In this document: positions 7,750 through 15,956 of the stretch, in pieces | Layout: each line of letters opens with the position of its first letter | Position numbering within the stretch: the stretch's first letter is position 1 | Assembly: GCA_017453285.1 (NCBI GenBank) | Contig: JAFTKL010000043.1 | Coordinates: forward strand, 1 to 41,495 | Reading direction: 5' to 3' | Length of the DNA stretch: 41,495 bases | Source of the DNA: Clostridia bacterium | GTDB lineage: Bacteria > Bacillota > Clostridia > Oscillospirales > CAG-272 | The notes under the pieces: generated by a model | The model's input: only the letters and a program-made list of their open reading frames with translations | What the model was told of the DNA's origin: nothing | Databases searched by the model: none | Made by a program: the position numbers and the translations under genes

Positions 7750-9015
7750 ATGAAAGCTACACTTACTCCATCGATCGCAAACGGCGCTGTGCGTGCGATC
7801 GCGTCAAAATCAATGGCTCACCGCCTTTTGATCTGCGCGGCGTTCGCGGATGCTCCCACGACCGTGATCTGCACCGAGACGAATAACGACATTGAGGCGA
7901 CAGCCGCGTGTCTCTCGGCTCTCGGCGCGAATATAAAAAGAACGGGCGACGGCTATACGGTCGAGCCTATCGAGCGCGAGCGCATTCCCGATTCTCCCCT
8001 GCTGGAGTGCGGCGAGAGCGGCTCGACTCTGCGCTTTATGCTACCCATAGTGGCGGCACTCGGCAAGGGCGGTAGATTTGCGCTTCACGGCAGACTGCCC
8101 GAGCGTCCGCTCTCTCCTCTTCGCGAGGAACTTGAAGCACACGGAATAACGCTCCACGGCAAAGAGCTGCTGACACTTAGCGGCAAACTCAACGGCGACA
8201 GCTTCTCTATCGACGGCGGAGTTTCCTCGCAGTTCGTCAGCGGACTTCTCTTTGCGCTCTCTCTGCTCGGGCATCCGTCAACGCTGCGTATCACGGGCAA
8301 GCTCGAGTCTGCGCCCTACGTTGATATGACCTGCAACTCGCTCGCGCTCTTCGGTGCTGCACCGATAAAGACCGAGAGCGGATTTGAGATAAACGCAGGC
8401 GGCAAGCTCTCCACGCCGACGCACATCGCGGTCGAGGGTGACTGGTCGAACGCGGCTTTCCCGCTCGCGCTCGGTGTACTTTCGGGCGAGGTCGAACTAC
8501 TTGGTCTTGACCAGAATTCCGCTCAGGGCGACTCAAAGATCGTAGAGCTTCTGCGCGAATTTGGCGCGGATATAACATATATCCCCGAGCGCCGCTCGTA
8601 TATCGCCAAAAAGAGCGAGCTACACTCTATTCGCATCGACGCGTCGCAGATCCCCGACCTCGTACCGATACTCGCGACCGTCGCATCCGTGGCAAAGGGA
8701 CGCACGGAGATATACGGTGCGGCGAGACTGAGACTGAAAGAGAGCGACCGACTTGAGTCGACCGCGCAGATACTGAACGCGCTCGGCGCGTCTGTAACTG
8801 TCAGCGACGACGGACTTATGATCGACGGTGTTGACTCTCTTCGCGGCGGATACGTAGACTCCTGGGGAGACCATCGTATTGCCATGAGCGCGGCGGTCGC
8901 GTCTGCGGTGGCAAGCGCGCAGGTCACGATAGAGCGCGCAGAGGCGGTACAGAAATCCTACCCGCGCTTCTGGGATGATATGATGTCCTTGGGAATCAGG
9001 ACATCTATAATATAA
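7750..9015 (+). CDS. aroA: 3-phosphoshikimate 1-carboxyvinyltransferase (EPSP synthase)
   Basis: SKSMAHR, CGESGSTLRF, SSQFVSG, LRLKESDR, DHRIAM, KSYPRFW. Confidence 0.97.
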   Translation: MKATLTPSIANGAVRAIASKSMAHRLLICAAFADAPTTVICTETNNDIEATAACLSALGANIKRTGDGYTVEPIERERIPDSPLLECGESGSTLRFMLPIVAALGKGGRFALHGRLPERPLSPLREELEAHGITLHGKELLTLSGKLNGDSFSIDGGVSSQFVSGLLFALSLLGHPSTLRITGKLESAPYVDMTCNSLALFGAAPIKTESGFEINAGGKLSTPTHIAVEGDWSNAAFPLALGVLSGEVELLGLDQNSAQGDSKIVELLREFGADITYIPERRSYIAKKSELHSIRIDASQIPDLVPILATVASVAKGRTEIYGAARLRLKESDRLESTAQILNALGASVTVSDDGLMIDGVDSLRGGYVDSWGDHRIAMSAAVASAVASAQVTIERAEAVQKSYPRFWDDMMSLGIRTSII

Positions 9016-9018
9016 CAC

Positions 9019-9047
9019 TTGAAATATCTCAATATCTGTGATATAAT
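9019..9047 (+). promoter_or_regulatory. Internal sigma-A promoter within the aro operon
   Basis: TTGAAA (9019-9024)-17 bp-TATAAT (9042-9047) with TG extension, in the 71-bp gap after aroA. No terminator hairpin is visible in the gap. Confidence 0.75.
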
Positions 9048-9086
9048 ATATTGTTGGATATCACAGATGAAAGGAAACGAAATATA

Positions 9087-10478
9087 ATGAAAAAATACGA
9101 CGTTGTAATAATCGGCGCAGGTCCTGCGGGAATATTCACAGCACTTGAGATGTTAAAGCTCGGAAGTGACAAAAAAATACTCGTAGTTGAGAAAGGCAGA
9201 GCGATCGAAAACCGCAGTTGCCCTAAATCAAAGACCAAAAAATGCGTTTCCTGCAAACCTTATTGCCATATAACCACGGGCTTTTCGGGTGCGGGCGCGT
9301 TCTCGGACGGGAAGCTTTCGCTCTCGTACGAGGTCGGAGGCGACCTTCCCACGCTTATCGGCGAGAGCTTCGCGCAGGAAATGATAGATTACACCGACTC
9401 TATATATCTTGACTTCGGTGCCGATCCTCACGTTGAGGGCATCGGCAACAACGAAGAGGTCAAGGAGATACGCAAAAGAGCCATCAAGGCGGGACTGAAG
9501 CTGGTCGACTGCCCTATCCGCCACCTCGGCACAGAGAAAGCGCAGGAGATCTACTACGCTATCGAGCAGTATCTGCTTCGCGGCGGCGTTGAGATCAAAT
9601 TCGGATGCGAATGTGCCGACGTTATCATCAAGGACGGCGAGTGCAAGGGCGTTATTCTGCGCGAGGGCGGCAAGGAACTCGAGTGCTTTGCCGATCACAC
9701 GGTCATAGCTACCGGTCGTCGCGGCGCGGATTGGCTTGAGGAGCTTTGCGCGAAGCACAGCATCGCTCACCTGCCCGGCACGGTCGATATCGGAGTGCGC
9801 GTTGAGATACGCAACGAGATCATGGAGAGCGTGAACAACGTACTCTACGAATCGAAGCTCATCGGCTATCCTCAGCCCTTCAAGAACAAGGTGCGCACCT
9901 TCTGTCAGAACCCCGGCGGATTTGTAAGCCAGGAGAACTACGACAACGATCTCGCGGTGGTGAACGGACACTCCTACAAGGATCTCAAGTCGCCCAATAC
10001 CAACCTTGCGATCCTCTGCTCGCACAACTTTGCAGAACCCTTCAATCAGCCTATCGCGTACGCGAAAAAGGTTGGTGAGCTTACGAATATGCTTGGCGAC
10101 GGTCACATTATGGTACAGCGCTTCGGCGATATTCTTGACGGCAAGCGCACCTGGGAGGAGGAGCTTTCACGCTCCAACGTGCGCCCCACGCTTCCCGATG
10201 CGGTCGCAGGCGACATCACATCGGCTATGCCCTATCGCGCTATGACGAACATCATAAACTTCATCCAGGCTGTAGACTACGTAGTACCCGGCTTTGCATC
10301 GACCGAGACTCTTCTCTACTCGCCCGAGCTGAAGTTCTACTCCAACAGAGTCAAGATGGACTCGGATTTCAACACAAACATTTCAGGACTCCACTGCCTC
10401 GGTGACTCGAGCGGCTGGACGCGCGGACTTATGATGGCGTCTGTAATGGGCGTTCTGATGGGCAGAAAGCTGGTATAA
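9087..10478 (+). CDS. Uncharacterised FAD/NAD(P)-dependent oxidoreductase (COG2509-like) with Cys cluster
   Basis: GAGPAG FAD motif, CP-x6-CxxC-x3-C, GAGAFSDGKL, VRTFCQNPGG, VNGHS, GDSSGWTRG. AAGGA RBS precedes ATG 9087. Confidence 0.85.
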   Translation: MKKYDVVIIGAGPAGIFTALEMLKLGSDKKILVVEKGRAIENRSCPKSKTKKCVSCKPYCHITTGFSGAGAFSDGKLSLSYEVGGDLPTLIGESFAQEMIDYTDSIYLDFGADPHVEGIGNNEEVKEIRKRAIKAGLKLVDCPIRHLGTEKAQEIYYAIEQYLLRGGVEIKFGCECADVIIKDGECKGVILREGGKELECFADHTVIATGRRGADWLEELCAKHSIAHLPGTVDIGVRVEIRNEIMESVNNVLYESKLIGYPQPFKNKVRTFCQNPGGFVSQENYDNDLAVVNGHSYKDLKSPNTNLAILCSHNFAEPFNQPIAYAKKVGELTNMLGDGHIMVQRFGDILDGKRTWEEELSRSNVRPTLPDAVAGDITSAMPYRAMTNIINFIQAVDYVVPGFASTETLLYSPELKFYSNRVKMDSDFNTNISGLHCLGDSSGWTRGLMMASVMGVLMGRKLV

Positions 10479-10483
10479 TAAAA

Positions 10484-11578
10484 ATGGCTACCACTTACGG
10501 AAAAAATCTCAAATTATCAATATACGGCGGCTCGCACGACGAGTGCATCGGAGTGACGGTATCGGGACTTCCGAGTGGCATTACGGTCGACCGCGCAGAG
10601 CTTCTTCGCTTTATGGAGCGCCGCGCACCCGGACGGAGCCTGATGTCGACTCAGCGCAAAGAGCCCGATAGACCCGAATTTCTCAGCGGTGCTGTCGACG
10701 ACGGCGAGAAGATCACACTTGACGGCGGCGAGCTTCACGCGATAATCCGTAACACCTCGCAGAGATCGGCGGACTATTCAAATCTTGAATTTATCCCCCG
10801 TCCCTCGCACGCAGACTTTGCCGCAAGAATGAAGTACGGTGAGAACGTCGACCTTCGCGGCGGCGGACATTTCTCGGGCAGACTCACAGCTCCCATGTGC
10901 ATCGTGGGCGGAATTTGCCTGCAATATCTGCGCTCGCGCGGAATTGAGATAGCGGCGCACTTCTACTCGATCGGCGGCATCAAGGACAAGCCTTTTGATC
11001 TTGCCAAGGTGTCGACGGCAGATTTTGAAATATTGCGCTCACGCTCGGACTTCCCCGTTCTTAGCGAGGATGCAGGAAAACTTATGCGCGAGAAGATAGA
11101 AGAGGCACGCACCTCCCTCGACTCTGTCGGCGGCGTGGTCGAGTGTGCTATCCTCGGTGTTCCCGCGGGACTTGGCGAGCATATGTTCGACGGTGTTGAA
11201 AATCGCATCTCTGGCATAGTTTTCGGCATCCCTGCAGTCAAGGGCATCGAATTCGGCAACGGCTTTGAATGCTCGACTCTCCACGGCTCGCAGAACAACG
11301 ACCCATTTGTGACCGACGGCGAGAAAATATTCACCTCAACCAACAACGCGGGCGGCATTCTCGGAGGTATGTCGAGCGGAATGCCGATAGTCTTCCGCGC
11401 GGCGATGAAGCCGACTCCCTCTATATATCTTGAACAGGACAGCGTTGATATGGTGAGTATGAAGCCTGTCAAGCTCTCTATCAAGGGCAGACACGATCCC
11501 TGTGTGGTCGTACGCGCGCTCCCCGTCTTCGAGGCGGCAGCGGCGATCGCCTTGACCGATCTTCTGCTTGATAATTAA
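10484..11578 (+). CDS. aroC: Chorismate synthase
   Basis: GGSH, RPSHAD, GGGHFSGRLT, IPAVKGIEFG, KPTPSI, GRHDPC. Confidence 0.97.
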   Translation: MATTYGKNLKLSIYGGSHDECIGVTVSGLPSGITVDRAELLRFMERRAPGRSLMSTQRKEPDRPEFLSGAVDDGEKITLDGGELHAIIRNTSQRSADYSNLEFIPRPSHADFAARMKYGENVDLRGGGHFSGRLTAPMCIVGGICLQYLRSRGIEIAAHFYSIGGIKDKPFDLAKVSTADFEILRSRSDFPVLSEDAGKLMREKIEEARTSLDSVGGVVECAILGVPAGLGEHMFDGVENRISGIVFGIPAVKGIEFGNGFECSTLHGSQNNDPFVTDGEKIFTSTNNAGGILGGMSSGMPIVFRAAMKPTPSIYLEQDSVDMVSMKPVKLSIKGRHDPCVVVRALPVFEAAAAIALTDLLLDN

Positions 11579-11599
11579 CCCCAAAACGAAGGTAATCTT

Positions 11600-12745
11600 A
11601 TGGAACTCAACGAATTAAGACAACAGATCGATGAAATAGACCGCGAGCTCGTCTCGCTCTTCATCCGCCGTATGAATTGCTCGGCAGGCGTTGCCGAATA
11701 TAAGCGCGAGCACGATATGCCCGTGCTCGACGCATCGAGAGAGCGTGCGCTTCTCTCCAAGATCTCCGAGCTCTCGGGCGAGGAATTCGAGGAATACTCG
11801 AGAACTCTCTACTCCACCATCCTCTCGCTCTCTCGCTCCTATCAACACAAGCAGCTCGGCGAGACGACAGAGCTTTATAACGAGATCGTAAAGGCGATCG
11901 ACGAGACTCCCCGTATGTTCCCCGAGCGCGCGAACGTTGCGTGTCAGGGCGTTGAGGGAGCTTATTCGCAGATCGCGGCTGAGCGTCTCTTCTCTGCCCC
12001 AGACATCACCTTCTTCTCAAATTGGGAGGGCGTTTTCTCGGCGATCGAGGCGGGAATGTGCCGCTACGGCGTTATCCCGATAGAAAACAGCACGGCAGGC
12101 TCTGTCAAGAAGGTCTACGATCTGATGATCAGCAAGAATTTCAAGATCGTGCGCACGGTGCGCATCAAGATTGACCACTGTTTACTTGCAAAAAAAGGCA
12201 CGAAGCTCTCAGAGATCAAGGAGATCTTCTCGCACGAGCAGGCTATCAGCCAGTGCGCGTCATTTCTCGCTTCTCTTGGCAAGGACGTGAAGATCACGCG
12301 TGTTGAGAATACCGCAAAGGCGGCGCAGATGGTCGCAGACTCGGACAGAGACGACGTTGCTTCGCTCTCCTCTCGCTCTTGTGCGACTCAGTACGGACTT
12401 GACGTGATCGCAAGCGCAGTCCAGGACAACGGCAACAACCACACTCGCTTTATCTGCATTACTAACAAGCTTGAGATATACCCCGGTGCCGACCGCACCT
12501 CGCTTATGCTCGTCACACCTCACCGTCCGGGTGCGCTCTTCCGCATACTCTCGCGCTTCAACGCACTCGGGATCAACCTCATCAAGCTCGAGTCGAGACC
12601 TATTCCCGACCGCGACTTTGAGTTTATGTTCTACTTTGACCTTGAGTCCTCGGTATATTCTCCCAAGCTCGCAAGTCTCCTTTCCGAGCTCGAGCAGGAA
12701 TGCGAGGAATTTACCTATCTTGGCTCTTACTCTGAGGTGATATGA
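11600..12745 (+). CDS. pheA: Bifunctional chorismate mutase / prephenate dehydratase
   Basis: N-terminal LRQQIDEIDRELV chorismate mutase domain; PIENS, SHEQAISQC, NHTRF, KLESRP (PDT + ACT). Confidence 0.95.
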   Translation: MELNELRQQIDEIDRELVSLFIRRMNCSAGVAEYKREHDMPVLDASRERALLSKISELSGEEFEEYSRTLYSTILSLSRSYQHKQLGETTELYNEIVKAIDETPRMFPERANVACQGVEGAYSQIAAERLFSAPDITFFSNWEGVFSAIEAGMCRYGVIPIENSTAGSVKKVYDLMISKNFKIVRTVRIKIDHCLLAKKGTKLSEIKEIFSHEQAISQCASFLASLGKDVKITRVENTAKAAQMVADSDRDDVASLSSRSCATQYGLDVIASAVQDNGNNHTRFICITNKLEIYPGADRTSLMLVTPHRPGALFRILSRFNALGINLIKLESRPIPDRDFEFMFYFDLESSVYSPKLASLLSELEQECEEFTYLGSYSEVI

Positions 12746-14007
12746 TGAAATACGGATACAAGCATCTTAAATGCGGACTTATAGGCAAGAAGCTCGGACA
12801 CAGCTTCTCAAAGCCGATACATAACGCGATAGCGGATTACCCGTTCGAGCTTTACGAGCTTGCGCCCGAAGAGGTTGGAAGCTTTGTGACTGACGGTGAT
12901 CTTGACGCTTTCTGCGTTACAATTCCCTACAAAAAGGACGTTATGCCTTTTCTTGACGAGATCTCCAAAGAGGCGCTCGACATTGGCGCCGTCAACGTGG
13001 TCGTCCGACGAGATGGCAGACTTTACGGATATAACACCGATTATTTCGGATTTGACTATATGGTCAAGCGCTCGGGCGTTGAGGTCGAGGGCAAAAAGGC
13101 GATCGTTTTCGGCAACGGCGGCGCATCTGCGACTATTTGCACGCTTCTTCGCGACAAGCACGTGCGTGAGCTCGTCATCATAGGCATTGAGGACAACACT
13201 CCCGAGAATATCGCAAAGCACTCGGACGCGCAGATCGTGGTCAACGCGACTCCCGTAGGTATGTACCCGAATAACAACGTCGCGCCTACCTCTCTTTCCT
13301 GCTTTCCCGCTTGCGAGGCGGTGTTCGACGTGATCTACAATCCGTCAAAGACCGCGCTTATGCTTGAGGCAGAAAAGCTCGGCATCGCTACCGTCGGCGG
13401 TCTTTCGATGCTCGTCGCTCAGGCAGCAAGAGCATTTGAGCACTTCACGGGCGACGGTTACGAAGAAGGAATTATTGAGCAGGTCGTCTCAAAGATCACG
13501 GCACAGACGGCAAATCTTATTCTTATCGGTATGCCCGGATGCGGCAAGAGCTCGGTCGGAAAGATCATCGCCGAGAAGCTCGGACGCGAGTTCCTCGACT
13601 CTGACGAGGAATTCGAGAAGATGCACGGCATCACTCCCGCTGAAGCTATAAACACACTTGGCGAGGAGAAATTCAGACTTATGGAAACCGAGACGCTCTC
13701 CGAGATCGCAAAGCAGAGCGGCAAGGTCATCGCGACAGGTGGCGGTGTCGTAACGCAGGAGCGCAACTATCCTCTGCTCCATCAGAACGGAGTTATAGTT
13801 TTCCTTGAACGCGAGCTTCAAAATCTCGCGACCGACGGTCGTCCACTCTCGCAGAGAGGCTCGCTTGAAGCTCTCTACGCAAAGCGCATCGATCTCTACC
13901 GCGCGTTTGCCGACGTCACGCAGAAGAGCACCGAGGGCAAAGAACTGACCGCGGATGCGATAATTGAAGGATTTAAGAATTTTATCGGAGCAAAGGAGCA
14001 GATATGA
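12742..14007 (+). CDS. aroE: Fused shikimate dehydrogenase / shikimate kinase (AroE-AroK)
   Basis: GHSFS, VTIPYK, GAVN, NTDYFG, NATPVGM (AroE), then LIGMPGCGKS, DSD, FRLME, ATGGG, RPL (AroK). Confidence 0.93.
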   Translation: MMKYGYKHLKCGLIGKKLGHSFSKPIHNAIADYPFELYELAPEEVGSFVTDGDLDAFCVTIPYKKDVMPFLDEISKEALDIGAVNVVVRRDGRLYGYNTDYFGFDYMVKRSGVEVEGKKAIVFGNGGASATICTLLRDKHVRELVIIGIEDNTPENIAKHSDAQIVVNATPVGMYPNNNVAPTSLSCFPACEAVFDVIYNPSKTALMLEAEKLGIATVGGLSMLVAQAARAFEHFTGDGYEEGIIEQVVSKITAQTANLILIGMPGCGKSSVGKIIAEKLGREFLDSDEEFEKMHGITPAEAINTLGEEKFRLMETETLSEIAKQSGKVIATGGGVVTQERNYPLLHQNGVIVFLERELQNLATDGRPLSQRGSLEALYAKRIDLYRAFADVTQKSTEGKELTADAIIEGFKNFIGAKEQI

Positions 14008-14423
14008 AAATTCTCGTCATAAACGGACCTAATCTCAATATGCTCGGCATCCGCGAGCCCGATATCTACGGCAAGCAGGATTTCGACGCTTTACAGAAAT
14101 ATATACGAGAGTGCGCAGACGCGCTCTCGCTCAAGGTCACGCTCTTTCAGTCGAACCACGAGGGCGAGATCGTTGATGTGATCCAAGCGGCTTACGGCGT
14201 GTACGACGGGATCGTTATAAACCCCGCCGCTTACACCCACACGAGCGTGGCTATACTCGACGCGCTCAAGGCAGTAGGTATCCCCACCGTCGAGGTGCAT
14301 CTGTCCGACGTCAACTCGCGCGAGGAGTTCAGAAGACATTCCTTCGTCTCGCTCGTTGCTAAGAAGACTATCGCAGGTCTCGGATTTGAAGGCTATCGGC
14401 AAGCGCTTGAGTATTTTGCCTGA
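14004..14423 (+). CDS. aroQ: Type II 3-dehydroquinate dehydratase
   Basis: INGPNLNMLGIREPDIYG, QSNHEG, INPAAYTHTS, EVHLS. Confidence 0.97.
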   Translation: MKILVINGPNLNMLGIREPDIYGKQDFDALQKYIRECADALSLKVTLFQSNHEGEIVDVIQAAYGVYDGIVINPAAYTHTSVAILDALKAVGIPTVEVHLSDVNSREEFRRHSFVSLVAKKTIAGLGFEGYRQALEYFA

Positions 14424-14424
14424 T

Positions 14425-14697
14425 ATGCAGGAGAGATTTCTTGTAATCGACAAGGACGGCATCCGGCTGCTCGGATATCCTCTCCGTCTGACTCCGACAG
14501 AGACAAAGCTCCTCACGCTTATCACCGAGAGAGGTGAGGCAAGCGCACAGCTTCTCTGCTCTCTGCTGAACGAGGGTGTCGGCCGTCAGAACGTGGCGGT
14601 GCATATAAGCTCGATCAACCGCAAGGCTCAGAGCATCAGCGGAAGAAAGCTTGTTTGCTTCAAAAATAATCTTTACGGAATAAATCCGTGTATGTGA
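14425..14697 (+). CDS. Stand-alone OmpR/PhoB-type winged-helix DNA-binding protein (90 aa)
   Basis: LRLTPTETKLL...NVAVHISSINRK resembles the response-regulator C-terminal effector domain. No receiver domain. ATG lies 1 nt after the aroQ stop. Confidence 0.65.
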   Translation: MQERFLVIDKDGIRLLGYPLRLTPTETKLLTLITERGEASAQLLCSLLNEGVGRQNVAVHISSINRKAQSISGRKLVCFKNNLYGINPCM

Positions 14698-14701
14698 GTG
14701 T

Positions 14702-15340
14702 ATGAATAAGATAAATTACAGCCTTTTGCTTGAGGAAGAGATAGCGAAAATAAAAAAGAGCGGTCAGCGCAAAAGCCTTTTGCTTCACGCGTGCTGTGCG
14801 CCCTGCTCGAGCTCTGTGCTTGAGTATCTTTCAAGCTTTTTCGATATAACTCTCTATTTTTACAATCCTAATATTTCCCCCGCAGAAGAGTTCAAGTTCC
14901 GGGAGGATGAGCTGCGCAGATTGATAGGCGAGATGCCCCTGCCGAGCGAGGTAAAGCTCTTTACAGCCTACTATGACCCGAGCGAGTTTGAGGAGATCTC
15001 ACGCGGCAGAGAGGAGCTTGACGAGGGCGGCGCGCGCTGCTACGATTGCTACAAGCTCCGCCTGCGCAGTACGGCGGATATAGCAAAGCACGGCGGATTT
15101 GACTATTTTTGCACTACTCTCTCGATAAGTCCATATAAGAATGCCGAGTGGCTCAATTCTATTGGCAAGGAGCTCTCCGAAGAGTACGGCGTTGCGTATC
15201 TCTACTCTGATTTCAAGAAAAAGAACGGATATAAGCGTTCCTGTGAGCTCTCCGAGATCTATTCGCTCTACCGACAGGACTATTGCGGCTGCGAGTTTTC
15301 CAAAAAAGCGGCTGAGAGAAGAAAAAGTGAAAAAAAGTAA
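14702..15340 (+). CDS. queH: Epoxyqueuosine reductase QueH (DUF208)
   Basis: LLLHACCAPCS, FYNPNI, EGGARCYDC, TTLSISPYK, YRQDYCGC. Confidence 0.93.
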   Translation: MNKINYSLLLEEEIAKIKKSGQRKSLLLHACCAPCSSSVLEYLSSFFDITLYFYNPNISPAEEFKFREDELRRLIGEMPLPSEVKLFTAYYDPSEFEEISRGREELDEGGARCYDCYKLRLRSTADIAKHGGFDYFCTTLSISPYKNAEWLNSIGKELSEEYGVAYLYSDFKKKNGYKRSCELSEIYSLYRQDYCGCEFSKKAAERRKSEKK

Positions 15341-15391
15341 GGTGACATTCCAGATATATACGAATATTTTAAACTTTTTTCAAAAAAGGTA

Positions 15392-15420
15392 TTGACATTT
15401 GCAAACTTTTGTAGTATAAT
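15392..15420 (+). promoter_or_regulatory. sigma-A promoter of tRNA-Leu
   Basis: Perfect TTGACA-17 bp-TATAAT with upstream A/T tracts. Confidence 0.87.
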
Positions 15421-15498
15421 ACCAATGTTGCGAAAAGCAATACCCTCTATAGAGAACCTTGGAGAGTTTACTCCAAGTAAAACATTAAAACTGTATAT

Positions 15499-15583
15499 GC
15501 GAGAGTGGCGGAACTGGCAGACGCGCACGTTTGAGGGGCGTGTAGTTCACACTGTACGGGTTCAAGTCCCGTTTCTCGCACCA
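15499..15583 (+). tRNA. tRNA-Leu (GAG)
   Basis: GCGAGAGTGGCGGAACTGGCAGACGCG...; anticodon arm CACGT-TTGAGGG-GCGTG; long variable arm; GGTTCAAGTCC; encoded CCA; 85 nt. Confidence 0.95.
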
Positions 15584-15611
15584 AAAAGGACACCAAACGG
15601 TGTCCTTTTTT
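15583..15611 (+). terminator. Intrinsic terminator after tRNA-Leu
   Basis: AAAAAGGACACC-AAAC-GGTGTCCTTTTTT. Confidence 0.88.
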
Positions 15612-15623
15612 CATTCATACATA

Positions 15624-15652
15624 TTGAAAATTTTTCTAAAATGTTGTATAAT
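15624..15652 (+). promoter_or_regulatory. sigma-A promoter of the PPTase-fumC-malic enzyme operon
   Basis: TTGAAA-17 bp-TATAAT. The predicted start site falls at the left end of the MITE-like element. Confidence 0.7.
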
Positions 15653-15657
15653 ATTGG

Positions 15658-15938
15658 TATAGCCGAAGAGAGTCGAACTAATACGCCCTGCGGCGAGCAA
15701 TTTTCGCGTCTTTCGCCAGATCTCGTCTTGCAAGATCGGCATCTTGCTTCAACTCGCTTTGACAAAATCCATCAAAAATTGCAACGCCGGAGGGTGCTTC
15801 GCAGTTTTGAGTGAACAAATATTTTGCAAATGCAAAGAGAAAATGCGCAGTAATATAAGATATTGCAAGCATTTTATCTGCCGCAGATGTGAATATTTGT
15901 CACACAAAACCGTATGAGTTCGGCTCTCTTCGGCTATA
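15658..15938. mobile_element. MITE-like non-autonomous element, ~280 bp, with 28-bp terminal inverted repeats including flanking TA
   Basis: TATAGCCGAAGAGAGTCGAACTAATACG (15658-15685) vs CGTATGAGTTCGGCTCTCTTCGGCTATA (15911-15938): 26/28 complementary. Internal hairpins are present and there is no credible ORF. Confidence 0.75.
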
Positions 15939-15956
15939 TAAAATCGAGGTGAGGAA

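Noticed and set aside
12742-14007. AroE-AroK fusion as a novelty
   Set aside because: Fusions of consecutive shikimate enzymes, including this one, are familiar in Clostridia. Recorded as a feature only.
15427-15498. Small hairpins in the tRNA-Leu leader (e.g. CTTGGAG/CTCCAAG)
   Set aside because: Short stems typical of pre-tRNA leaders; no evidence for a separate RNA.
15658-15938. 6S RNA, SRP RNA, tmRNA or RNase P RNA
   Set aside because: I could not find their characteristic motifs (SRP helix 8 loop, tRNA-like ends, RNase P conserved regions). Near-perfect terminal repeats with TA flanks fit a MITE better. An Rfam scan would settle it.
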